Source: Neocallimastix sp. 'constans'
Taxonomy: Eukaryota
Direction: 5' to 3'
DNA: 64,000 nt
Assembly: GCA_050613775.1 (NCBI GenBank)
Contig: JBODTK010000159.1
Span: 124,001 to 188,000 of the forward strand
In this document: positions 51,145-63,776 of the stretch, in pieces
Numbering within the stretch: the first letter of the stretch is position 1
Layout of the letters: each line of letters opens with the position of its first letter
Made by a program: the position numbers and the translations under genes
The notes under the pieces: model-generated
Seen by the model: only the letters and a program-made list of their open reading frames with translations
What the model was told of the DNA's origin: nothing
Databases searched by the model: none

Positions 51145-51247
51145 TTTTTTTTTTTTAGACTAGGAAGAGAATACATTTCCAGTGTTTTATTAAATAGATT
51201 AAAATATTTTTATTTAATAAAGCACTGGAAGTGTATTCTCTTCCTAA

Positions 51248-51292
<45 letters not shown>
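51145..51292. mobile_element. Palindrome of two short LINE 3' termini with outward-facing poly(A) tails
   Basis: (T)12-AGACTAGGAAGAGAATACATTTCCAGTGTTTTATTAAATA, 14-bp spacer, TATTTAATAAAGCACTGGAAGTGTATTCTCTTCCTAATCT-(A)n. Both arms match the terminus at 18590-18630. Confidence 0.8.
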
Positions 51293-51295
<3 letters not shown>

Positions 51296-51382
51296 TTTTT
51301 AAGTAAAATAAAAAATAATAGAAAGTTATGAAATAACAAATTTTAATTAATCAAAAGAAAATTTAATGTAATAAGTTTAAGA

Positions 51383-51423
<41 letters not shown>

Positions 51424-51426
<3 letters not shown>

Positions 51427-51790
51427 CGGTGTGATGTATTACTACGAGTAGTAACATGATCATCAGTTAAATCTAAAATAATAAAACAAAGAAAAGTTAA
51501 CATCTTTTAAAATAGATAGTGTGTGGTATCCACTAAACTCTCTCCCCTGAACCACAAGAAAGATCATCAAAAGTTGAAATTACTTACTTATAGGTTCTGT
51601 TAGTTAATGTGTATTGATGAGAATTAACAGGACTTCTAATTGACTTATGGTATAGGAATAGTGATTCCTTTGCCATATCGATACGACGTCAGCAATCTTG
51701 GTTATGAAAGTGTTTTTGCTAAACCTCGCAAAAAGTAACTCTAAAGAGCTACTGATGATTGGTATTGCATTAGCAGGATATTTTTTCATT
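51424..51790 (-). mobile_element. Probable LINE ORF C-terminus/3' UTR fragment
   Basis: GC-richer island with short ORF AIPIISSSLELLFARFSKNTFITK, next to other LINE relics. The assignment rests on context and recalled similarity only. Confidence 0.35.
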
Positions 51791-51808
51791 CTTAAAACAA
51801 AAAATAAT

Positions 51809-51860
<52 letters not shown>

Positions 51861-52396
51861 GTATAGATCAATGAAGTACTTATCGGAAACCAATAATCAA
51901 TGTACCTTTTTTTAAATTTATAATTTTTCTATATTTAATTATTACTTCAATATTTAATGGTTATAAAAATACAACAATACCACAATCTAAAAATTAAAAA
52001 TATTTTATTCATCAATTTTTTTTTATTTACTTATTTATTTATATCTTTATTTCATATTAAAAATAAAAACTTTTTTTTTTTAATAAATTTTTTTTACATA
52101 TAAAAATAAAATTATTAATAGTTTTTTTTTTTTTTTTTTTTTTATAATTTTTTTAAAATAAAATAAAGTATATTATTGAAATTATTAATATTTATTAATT
52201 AATAGAATATATATGAACTTTCAATTAATTTCATAATAATAATTTCTTTTCTCTCTCTCTTTTTTTTTTTTTTTTATATAAATAAAAAGAAACAATACTT
52301 AATTTTGTAATTAAGCATTAACCATAAAATTTTTATATAAATTTTATTTTATACTTAATTACAAATAATCATAAATCTCAAACTACGAATTATGAT

Positions 52397-53590
52397 TTAT
52401 TCATCATCTTCCTCACTACTTTCTTCCTCAGCTTCCTTTAACCAATTTAAAAACGGAGTAGCTTGTTTTCTGATTTCCTTACTTTTAGCCTTGTCAACAT
52501 ATTTCTTTGATGCCTTTTCACCCCAAGCTAATAAAACATCTTCTTCAACAATTTCTTCATCATAAAATGCCTTTAAAATAAAGGCAACCTTTGGGAGTAA
52601 CTTATCATTTTGGTCAACTAAACGTTCAATTCCACCTAAGATTGCTTTTTGACATTTCTCATTCTTTACGAAATTTAATAATAAATCTGATCTCTCAGAA
52701 ACTTGTTCTAAAACATCTTCATCAAATAATAGTTGAACTAAAACCGTACAAACTTTATCACTCTTTAAACCAAGTTCGCGTGCCTTCTTAATAATTTCCT
52801 TGTCTGAACGTTCTTCTTCTTCAATAAAATCAGCAAATTCCTCAATTGGATCCTTTTCATCATCCTCACCATCATCATCTTCGTCTGCCATATTTACAGC
52901 AAGTTTAGCAACAGCACCATTAATTTCCTTCATACGTTCAGCAACAGCTTCTGGACTTGTGTCAACACACCAATCATCATCATCATCCTCGATGTTCTTT
53001 ACTGATTTTGGAACTTCAATAACTTCTTCTTCTGTTCTAGTATTTTCATCTTCAGAATTAACTGAAACACTATCTGGTGGAGTTGGAATTGTAGCTTCAC
53101 TAGCTGAATTAGTTTCTGACTTATTCTTTTTGGATTTCTTTGCTTTCTTTGGTTGAGTAGGAGGATGCTTCATAATAAAAGCAGTCAACTTATGCTTGTG
53201 GTCAACCTCACTTCTTTTACCGCAAGCTTTACAATCTCTTATAATTCCATTCTTATTAATGATTAAATCAGTTTCTGGATTTTTACAATGTCCACATAAA
53301 ACAAACTTATCAATAAAACCATCTAATAAATCTTGTAACTTTTTACTTTCATGTTGACCATTAATAATATATCTATCATTTTTTTCTTCACATTTAACTT
53401 GAGCACCTAATTCAAATCCAAAGTACTTTGTTGGATAGGTTGGTGGTCTACTAAGAGCCTTAGCAATGTCAGACATATTTGGAATTACAGTCTTGATACC
53501 GTTACCTTTTCCTTCTATCTTAACACTCATTTTAGGCATCTTGTATCTGTAGAAAGAATCTTTGACATCTCTTCTAATATTGATAGACAT
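52397..53590 (-). CDS. TIF5: Eukaryotic translation initiation factor 5, intronless CDS, 397 aa
   Basis: NIRRDVKDSFYRYKMP (GAP arginine), EGKGNGIKT, KYFGFELGAQ, Zn finger CGHCKNPET..CKACG, and a W2 domain ending FLNWLKEAEEESSEEDDE. Confidence 0.97.
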   Translation of the reverse strand: MSINIRRDVKDSFYRYKMPKMSVKIEGKGNGIKTVIPNMSDIAKALSRPPTYPTKYFGFELGAQVKCEEKNDRYIINGQHESKKLQDLLDGFIDKFVLCGHCKNPETDLIINKNGIIRDCKACGKRSEVDHKHKLTAFIMKHPPTQPKKAKKSKKNKSETNSASEATIPTPPDSVSVNSEDENTRTEEEVIEVPKSVKNIEDDDDDWCVDTSPEAVAERMKEINGAVAKLAVNMADEDDDGEDDEKDPIEEFADFIEEEERSDKEIIKKARELGLKSDKVCTVLVQLLFDEDVLEQVSERSDLLLNFVKNEKCQKAILGGIERLVDQNDKLLPKVAFILKAFYDEEIVEEDVLLAWGEKASKKYVDKAKSKEIRKQATPFLNWLKEAEEESSEEDDE

Positions 53591-53698
53591 TTTGATTTTT
53601 TATTTCTTAATATTATTTATAAGCGGGGTGAATATTTAAATTTATTATAATTATTTATTTAATCAAGTTATATAAAATTTAATGAATATTAAAATATA

Positions 53699-53813
53699 TT
53701 AACAAGGAAACTCAAATTTCAGAATTATTAAAATGTTCATAAAAAGGTTTTTGTCGATTGGATTTATAAAGTAGCAATGTAGAATTATTTTGGACGTTTA
53801 AGAATTCAAACAT
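53699..53813 (-). promoter_or_regulatory. Two overlapping poor-context uORFs in the eIF5 leader
   Basis: uORF1 53813-53712 (TAC-ATG-T, 33 aa); uORF2 53740-53699 (TTT-ATG-A, 13 aa); the main start is AAA-ATG. Confidence 0.7.
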
Positions 53814-55544
53814 GTACAAGTATTTTTTATTGTCTTTTTTTAAATATATAGTATGAAATATATTTTTTCGTAATAAAATTTGAGAAAAAATAATATTTTT
53901 AAAGCTTTTTAATATATAAAAATAATAAATATAAAATATATTAATATTAGTAATTCCATTTTTAATTGTTTTAATTTTACATATTTTAAAAAAAATTTTT
54001 TTCCATAAAAAAAAAAAACTAAAATTTCACTACAAATTGAATTTTTCTATTTTTATTATTATTTTTACACTTCCACCTATATTTATTATTATTTCTTTAT
54101 TACTTTTTTTAATTCAATTTTTAAAACTACCTATTAAATTCTATTATAATTACCTTTAATATTTTATAATTAAATAAACTTTCGTTATTGAGTTTATATA
54201 ATTTTTTATATTTTTCTTTTCTTTAAGATTTTTATTATTAATATATAATAAAAAAAAATTCTTTAGAGTTCTTGAAACAAGGAAAAAAAGCACTTCTTTT
54301 ATATTAAGAGCTGACTAATAAATTTTTATTTTAAGTGTAATTAATATTATACATGAACTATATATATTTTATATATTTTTTACTCCATAATTTTATTATA
54401 AATATATTAAAAAGCTTTTTTTTTTTTTTTTTTTTTTTAAATAAAATATGTATATAAATATTATATTCAACATTCAACATTCAATAAATTAAAGTTTAAT
54501 TATAATTTATAATTTAATATATGCTTTAATATATTTTAATATAACAAGAAATTATATATTAACTTTTACCTTTTAAAATTTTAATTTTAATTCTATTTAA
54601 CTTCACTATTTATAAAAAAGGTTTTTGTGTTTATATATTACAATATATTCAATATAATTTTAATATATAAATAATTTATATTTATGTTGGACTATCCAAT
54701 CATACATAAATATTCACATATATAAACCATTAATCTTAATTCTATTAAAATAAGCCCAAACAACTATCAATAACAAATAAATAATAAATAGGATAATAAT
54801 AAAAGCATTATATATATATAATAAAAAGTATTATTGAACAGTATATAATAATATATAATAAAGTTATTAAAAAAAAAAGTATATTAAATTCTATTATAAA
54901 AAAAAAGTATATTAAATTCTAATATATATATATATATATATAAATATAAATATAAATATATATTCAAAGACATAAAAAACAAAATTAAATAAATGAATTA
55001 AAATAAACAATTCTTATATGTATTATATATTATATAATAAACATACTAATAAATAAATTTAATATATTATTAAATTTACTATAATATATGACAAGAATTA
55101 TTAAATTATAAATCATTGTCATTAATTTTTTTTATTGTATAATTCACTTTTTTTAAAGTATTTTTGGTTTTTATTTCATTCATTAATGAAAACTATATAT
55201 ACCATATATACCAGTTGGTTTAAGTGAAGTAGATAATAACAATATATCTTTTGTACACTAGTATTAGTTTTTATTTCATTTATTTATAAAAGCAGTATTA
55301 AATTATTTAGTAATAAAATAAATTATAAACAATAAAATTGAACTGTTTCAATTAATAATTATTCTTGTTGTGGAATATATGAATAACAATTAAATTATAA
55401 TATTTTAAAGTTAACATAAAATATAATTTTAAAAATAAAAAAGTATTAGTTCCAACAAATATAGTTATATTTATATATTACAATTCGATCGTTAGTAGAG
55501 GAGATTATTAAATAAACAAAATAAATATATTTTGTAATTGAATT

Positions 55545-55825
55545 TATTGCGCTACCTGTTGATGTTGCTGTAACGTTGACTGAAAAATTGGGAGAAAATT
55601 TGGAAACCATGGAATACTTAGAATATTTGATAAAAAATTGTAGAGACTGGTGTGTATTAAATATGAAAATAATGAAGAAATAAGAAGCGATATCATGAAA
55701 ATTTGTCGAAATCTTGCTGTGGGACTGCCATATTCAGGGGAGATGCATAACCTAATTTGCTTAGTGTTGAAGAGAGAGAGGTTTGGTCTTAATATCATTA
55801 ATTTATTGGAAGCGTTGACTAGATA
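55545..55825 (+). pseudogene. Frameshifted intronless gene fragment convergent with the recombinase relic
   Basis: IALPVDVAVTLTEKLGENLETMEYLEYLIKNCRDWC, frameshift, IKYENNEEIRSDIMKICRNLAVGLPYSGEMHNLICLVLKRERFGLNIINLLEALTR*. Confidence 0.45.
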
Positions 55826-56039
55826 AAATGCCTGAGGATCTCACTTTATTAGTGCTTTTGGGTAAGAAGACATTATGGATGTGTGTGTATACCTGAAATA
55901 GGTCAAGATGTACAATTTTACTGATTTTCGTTATTGTCATTGGGTTATCACACACATCCAGTTTCACAATGACGTAACCATTTTGAGAGTATCTATTGAG
56001 TTAAAGATTTATTAACCTTTATCTCATCTATTAAAACGT

Positions 56040-57040
56040 TTCAACATAATCTTACTGAAATAATCAAAGTTCATTTTTATTTTGAGTCTAGAATTACTTA
56101 TGGTTACTACATTTATAAGCATTTTGTAGATTTTTCTGTTTCTCAATCATATAGGTCAAAACTTCTATAATATTATTCTGTGATTTTCCCTTAGAGTGTC
56201 CTAGCTTTCGTTCGTGTCTTTTGCTGTAATCTTATTGATGTTCATAGTGATTAGATCAATGTATATATATTTGGATACTTATTAATGCTAAATATAAGTA
56301 CAAACTAGTATGCAAATATAAATGCTAAAACCTAAATTATTTATATAATCAAGCTATTTAAGGCATTCAAATCTAACGTATTATATTGTCTTTTGCTGCA
56401 ACCTAATTAATGTTTATAATGATTACAGGGAAAACGTAGAATTTTGATTATTTTCTCGGTCACTTTTTATTTGATATCTTTAGCAGGAATACGCTTAAAC
56501 TTTGACAAGATTTATGTTTGATATGAATGTTAAATGTATATTATCGACACCTCAAGCTATGGCTATAAAAAAAAAAAAGATGGGACATTACATACTTTTC
56601 ACATTTAAAAATTCCCTTCAAAAACGACGGAGTCGAAGAATTGAATGCCTTTCTTTGATTTGAATCGATTTTGTTAAATACGGTCTGAATATGATCCTAA
56701 ATTTTTTCTTCAATATTGTCTTAATGCTCGCCTCAGTATATTTTTCCTTTGTAAATCACCTTTTCGATTCAATAAATCCGTAATCATTGAGCATGATTTT
56801 AGATTTTGAATTATTCAAATGAATATTTTATAATTGCTCCTTATTCCATATTAATAACGAACTTCCTATTAACATCGTAGTCTAACAGAGGATAACCACC
56901 ATATCAATGTCTAATTTTTTCGAAGCTACAATTTTATCCCTTACTCTCTCTCTAGTCACCACTCACAAATTGAGTAAAATATTCAACATAAGTTTGCCCA
57001 TAGATGTAGAAGTATTAAGCAACTGGGTAACAAATACAAA
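56040..57040 (-). pseudogene. Decayed bacterial large serine recombinase (resolvase C-terminal part, recombinase domain, Zn ribbon, C-terminal region)
   Basis: FVFVTQLLNTSTSMGKLMLNILL..VVTRERVRDKIVASKKL../GGYPLLDYDVNRKFVINME*GAIIKYSFE../ITDLLNRKG../SFLKGIFKCEK../HIKHKSCQS/KRIPAKDI../KMLINVVTISNSRLKIKMNFD, with motifs in the canonical order. Confidence 0.85.
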
Positions 57041-57306
57041 ATATTTTATTTTATTTTATTTATTTATTTATTTATTTTTTTAAAAAAACATGTTATAATA
57101 GTTTATAAAAACTATTAAATAATAAAAATTAAAATACCTTTTTATTCCAAATTCTAAATTAATTATATAGTATACTTATTAAATATTTATTTGAAATATG
57201 AATTAATCATACATTTATATTTACATTAATATTAGTATTTATATTAGTATTTATATTAATATTTATATTATTATTTATTATGATCATTTATTTAAATTTA
57301 TCATTT

Positions 57307-57360
<54 letters not shown>

Positions 57361-58395
57361 CTAAACGTGTTTAATAATGGTATGATTTATTGTTATATTA
57401 AATATTAATCATTTTCATTAATTGTATATTAAATATTAATAATTTTATTAATTATATATTATATATTAATTAAGTATTATTTTAAAAAATAAGAATGTAT
57501 TTATCATAAATAAAATTCAAATAATAAAGACATAAAGTTTTACTATTATATATAAATATCTATATGAGAATAATACAATTTAAATATTATATGTATATAT
57601 ATATAAATTTTTGTAATGAAACAATTTTGATTTTTTATTTACTTTTGTATATCATAATTTTTAAGCTATAGGGATTTTATATAAAAAAGAAAAATTATAA
57701 TTATTAATAATTTAACATCCATTATTTATATATATATATATATATATATTTTTTGTCAGAGAAATATTTAAAAATAAAATATTATAATATTAAGTTTAAA
57801 ATATGTTTAGATTTGTCTTTTTATAATGGTAATATACCAAAAAATATATATTTAGATTTGTCTTTTTATAATGATAATATACGATAATATATTAAAAAAA
57901 AATAAGTATATTTTTAAATTATTAAAAAGTTAAAATCTATATTCCTAGAAATATTAAGAAATAACATTAAAATTATTCCAATTTATTATGTATAATTATA
58001 TATAAAATTATATTTATATTTTTAATATAATTTAGTACAGAAGTCATATTAATAATTATGATTTAAATAATAAAATCATTTAATAAGTTATGAAATAAAA
58101 TAATTCAATAATAATAATAATAAAAATTATATACAAAATAATGAATTATTAACATATAATAATAACAAAACGAAATTAAATATACTAAATAAAAAAATTT
58201 AACGTCATTACATTAAATATATCAATTCATATAATCAATAATACTTATTCTTTAGAATAAAATAATAAATAATTATAAAAATAAAAACAAACATCATATA
58301 ATAATAATTTTTTTATATCTCAGGTATTAATTTAAAAAACAAAGGGATAAAAAAAAAAAAAAGAATAAATATATTATTGAAGAAAAATATATAAA

Positions 58396-58943
58396 ATGTC
58401 ATTAAGTAATGGTGAACTAAATATTAAAGATTTAAGTTCCTCTGAAAATAATTCAACAAAAGACTCTTTAATAAAAAGTTTGCATGAACACTTTTTGTTC
58501 AAAAATGTGGACCAAGAATTTCTTGAATCTTTAGTAAACGAAATGCATATTCGTTTATTTAATAAAAATGATAATATTATTATGAAGGGTGAAGTTGGTA
58601 GAGCTCTATTCTTTATTTTAAAAGGAGAAGTTTCAGTAATTTCCGATGATGGTAAAAATTGAATTAATATTATGATATTTTAAATGATAATGAATTGAGA
58701 TAATAAAAAAGAATAATAAAAGATAATATTGAAGATGAAATCTCTAAAATATAACAAAAAAAAAAAGATATAATGAACAAAAGGGAGATTTATATTAATA
58801 TCTTATTTTAACATATTAATGATTAATTAAAATAATTACTAATAAACGAAATTTAATATAATCAAATAAATATAAATTAAAATTAAAAATTTCCTAATAA
58901 TAATCAAGATTTTATATATGTTATTTATATTATTTATTCAAAA

Positions 58944-58981
<38 letters not shown>

Positions 58982-60944
58982 ATATATGATTCATATACAA
59001 TAAAATGTGGGTTCAAATAAATGTGGAATAAATTTTGATTTTAATTTTTTAATATATTAATGAAAAATGATGTTTTAATTAATTATACATATATATAATT
59101 AATATGAATATATTTTTTAAAAAAATTATATATTTATGATTAAAATATCTATTTATATCATCCCATATTAAATATATAATTATTTATTGTTAGGTGAAAA
59201 TATTTTAAATGTTATGGGTGAACAACAATTTTTCGGAGAAATTGGTGTTTTGTTTTCTGTTCCCAGGTTAATGATAAACTTTAAGAAAAAAAAAATATAA
59301 TAAAATAAAATAAAATAAAATAAAATAAAATAAAAACATATATATATATAAAATAATTGTTACTTTATATTGAATTTGTATTAATATTATTTTATTTAAT
59401 AAATTAATTTTTTAAATTTTGAATTATCATATATTATTATTACTATTTTTTATTACTTTTGAAACAATATATTTAATAATTATGTGAATAATTTTTACAA
59501 AAGAACAGCAACATGTTTTGCAAGTAAAAAATCAATTATATTAACTTTAACAAAAGAAAACTTGAAAAAGTTATTAGAGAATTATCCTTCAGTAGCTCAA
59601 GAAATTGCTTTAATAGCTGAAGAAAGATTTTCTTCCTTTGTTAAGAGTCAAGATGCAGAAATTAAATATGAATTTAGTGAAGAATTAAGTCTTGGTATTT
59701 CGAAAGATCAAATTAAAAATGTTAGTTCATTTTTATAAACATTTAATAAATATTTTAATAATTTATACATGAAAATGAAAAAAAAAAATATATTGCTATA
59801 TGCGTTAAATTTGATGATGATATTAATGTCATCAATAAAAATACATTTGAAGAAATAGATTCATTAAAATGATAATTTTATTTAATAATAATTAAATCAT
59901 AATCATAAACATAAAATTTATCATATTTATAGTTATAAATAATAATAATAATAATAATAAATAATAATAAATAATAAATATAATTATGATAAATAGGTAC
60001 CAATTTTTAGAGATTGTGAAGTTGGTTTCTTACATATGCTTGCTATGAATGTTCAACCTGTTCAATATTTCCATGGTGATTTAGTTGTTAAAAAAGGAGA
60101 TATTGCTAATGAAATGTTTTTCATTGTTCGTGGTACGGCAGAAGTATTTAATGAGGTTGATGGAACAGTATATGCAGAATTAACAACTCCATCTTTCTTT
60201 GGTGAAGTAGGTTTATTCTTTGAAGTACAAAGAACAGCTTCTGTCAGAGTATCCTCAAACGTTATGGATGTTTTCCAGTTAACAAAAAATAATTTAAATG
60301 AAATTCTTAAGAAATACCCAGAAGTTTCTGAAAAAATTAAAGCAGAAGCTCAGATAAGATATAAGTATAATGAAGCAAGGGAAAAAGCAAAACTAGATAA
60401 TCAACAAGAAGCTGAAACAGAAGTAGAAATTGTTAGAGAAAAATTAAAGGTAGTACCTTTATTTCAACAATGTGATACCGGTTTTCTTCATCAATTAGCT
60501 CTTTCCATGAAATTATGCATTTTTGAACAAAATCAACTTATTATTCGTAGAGGTGATGTAGCTAACAGTATGTTCTTTATCATTTCTGGTGAAGTTCAAG
60601 TTGAATCGGATGATGGTAGTAAAGTATATGCTGAAATGGGTCAAAATTCATTCTTTGGTGAAGTAGCTCTTTTCTATGATATTAGAAGAACTGCAAATAT
60701 TAGAGCTAAATCTCAATGTACTGTTATGGAATTATATAAAGATGGTAATGATAACGTATTTTATTATTTTATTATTTAATTAATATTAATATTATACAAA
60801 TAAAAATAAAAATAAATATGTAATTATATATAATTATTATTATGATTATTATAATCATATTTCATATTTATATACAAATTAATATAATTAATATCATATT
60901 TTTATTTTTATTCTATAAAATAATATAAATTAAATTTTTTCTTT

Positions 60945-60979
<35 letters not shown>

Positions 60980-61916
60980 AGTACTTGATAAATTACTTAA
61001 AGAATATAGTGGAATTGAAAATCAAATGAAAGCTATTGCCAAAGAAAATTATTATTTATTCCAAAGGAGAGAACAAGAAATTAAAATTGCTAGTAGTAAA
61101 AATAGTGGAGAAACAGAAGAATCAGCTTATAATGTTGAAGCAACAGTATTTTATTTAGAAAAAGTACCATTATTCAAAAAATGTACAAAAACTTTCTTTA
61201 ATTCTTTAGCTTTACATACATCTATTACCTCTTTTCAAAAAGGTGAAAATATTATTAAAAAGGGAGATGAAGCTAATGAAATGTATATTATTATAAATGG
61301 TAAAGTCCAAGTTGTATCTGAAGATGGTTCTAAAACATTTGATACCATGAAAAATGGAGCATTTTTCGGTGAAGGTAATATAAAGAAGAAGAAAAAAAAT
61401 AATTTTAATATATATATAGGTTTCTTTTTTAAGAAGATTAATATAAACCAAAAAAAAAAAAAAAAAAATTTTTTTTATAAAATGCACAAGTACACAGTAC
61501 TGGAATTAAATGATTATAAATATTTTTTTTTTTTTAAATTTATATTATTTTATATTTAATACATTATGTATATATATTATTTATTTACATAAAATTTTTA
61601 ATTAAATCTATTATTTATATAAAAAATATATATATACCAAAAAAGTTGGTGTTGTTCGTAATGTTCCAAGAACTGCAACAATTGTTGCTGCAACAAATGT
61701 TGATTTAATAGTTCTTTCAAAACAAAGTTTAGATGAAGTAGTTAAGAAATATCCAGAATGTCATAAAATAATTTTATTAGAAGCTGAAAAACGCTATAAG
61801 ATTGTTCAAAAGAGAGTTGAAAAAGATAATAAAAAGAGAAGTAAATTAGAGAAGAAAGAATCTATTAAGAAAAAAAAAAGAAATTCAAAAGATAAAACAA
61901 ACGTAATATATTAAAA

Positions 61917-61958
<42 letters not shown>

Positions 61959-63776
61959 TTTTTTTATTTTTATTTTATTTTTTTATTTTTTTTTTTTTTA
62001 TTTATTTTTTTTTAATTTTTACTTATGTTTTTTAAAACTTTAATTTTATATAACTATTATTCATCAATCGATAATATATAAATATATATTATAATTTATT
62101 AATATATTAGAGATTCTCATTAAATAAATTATTATTATCACTTAAAAGACATTTTAATACATCAAATAATCAAAATGATTTAAAGATGCAATTATTAGCT
62201 AATCATAAAAATTCACCATATCCAAGTTTTTATGATTTAGATGATTTTCGAAAAGTTACCAATATTACTGAATTTACTTGCCCTTACTTCTTAAATATAT
62301 TGAGATATCTTCCAATAAGAGATTGGTTTAAATTAAGATGTGTCTGTAAAAAATGGAATCATATTATGAAAAATCCATTATTTTGGATTGATGTTGATTT
62401 TTCTTCTTTGTACAATCAGCTATCTCATAAAACAATATCTTATGCCCTTTTTGCTTGTAGTAATACCACTAGTTTAAATTTCAAAGGTTGTTGGAGATTA
62501 ACAAATGAGGATATTTTAACCATAACTCAAATGTGTCCTCATTTAACCTCATTAAATCTTTCTAATTGTTGGTCTCTTAGTGATCAGGGTATATTATTTG
62601 TTGCAATAAAATGTACCCGTTTAAAACACCTTAATATTTCCTATTGTAGTCAGGTTAAAGGAGTTTGTTTTGCAAACCATCAAATGAATAATTTAACTCA
62701 TATTGATATATCCTATTGTAAACAAATCGGTAATGAGTGCCTAGAACAATTACTAGCAAAGGCTCCAGAATTACAAGATATTAAGTTTAGAAGATGTACT
62801 AGGTAAAATATATTAAATTATATTATATTATATTATATAATTATCTATAATATATATATTTTCTTTTATATAGTTTTTATAAAAAAAAAAAAAAAATAAT
62901 AGTAATAATAATATTAATACCGACAACAATGATATATTATTATTATTATTATTATTATTAAAGTGAAATAATAAGTATTAACTATATATATATAATAATT
63001 TATTTATAAATTATCTATAATTGATAATAAATTAAATATATAGAATTACTGATTTTGGTATATTTTTAGTAGCACGCCATTGTAGATATATTAAGAATAT
63101 TGAACTTTCAGATTGCGATCAAATTACTAATAAATGCCTAAAATGGCTTTCTAATAATAGTTCCAATTTAAAATGCTTAGATTTAACATTCTGTAAACAT
63201 ATTACGAACTCGGGAATTTATGATTTAAGCTTAGGTAGTCAAGAATTTGAATCATTAATTCTTTCTCATTGTACATGTTTATCAGATACTGCTATTCTTT
63301 GTCTTCATAAAAGTATTTGTAAGTTGAAGAAACTATCTATAAGAGGTTGCGCAAAAATGACAGATCGAGTAGCTTTTCATGTTGCTGACGCATGTCCTCA
63401 CTTAGAATGGATTGACCTAAGTGGTTGCCCAAGTATTACCATAGCTTCTAAAAATATATTATTACAAAAACTGCCAAAACTCATTATTATTATGGATAAT
63501 TATTCAAGTAAAGTTAAACCATCTATCAATGCAATGAATACAGATACTGATCCACAACAAGATCAAAAGAAACTTGCTCGTGAAGTATCAAAAGAAGAAT
63601 TCTATACCTTAATGCTAAGCAAAAAAATGGCAACTCATCTTATTAATTCCTTTTCAAATGATTCTATATCCAGTAAATTAAATGGTATATCAGATACACA
63701 ATCTGAAAATGAATTCAATAATAATAAATTATTCCCATTAAAAAACTCAAGGCCATCTGAATTATTTTATTCATAG
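58396..63776 (+). CDS. Protein with four cyclic-nucleotide-binding domains, an F-box and Cys-containing LRRs
   Basis: Exons 58396-58651, 59194-59266, 59504-59720, 59997-60744, 60982-61374, 61646-61902, 62111-62802, 63044-63776, all in frame. Four FFGE-x8-RTA cassettes; F-box-like ILRYLPIRDWFKLRCVCKKW; FBXL-type repeats LxLSxCxxITD. Confidence 0.9.

Noticed and set aside
52591..53156. Plus-strand ORFs over eIF5 (similarly 6321, 9203, 22612, 61212)
   Set aside because: Antisense shadows of real coding exons with no independent signal.
55540..55830. Gypsy chromodomain or integrase
   Set aside because: The YLIK resemblance lacks the downstream W...TWE pattern, and the neighbouring sequence is a serine recombinase rather than an LTR pol.
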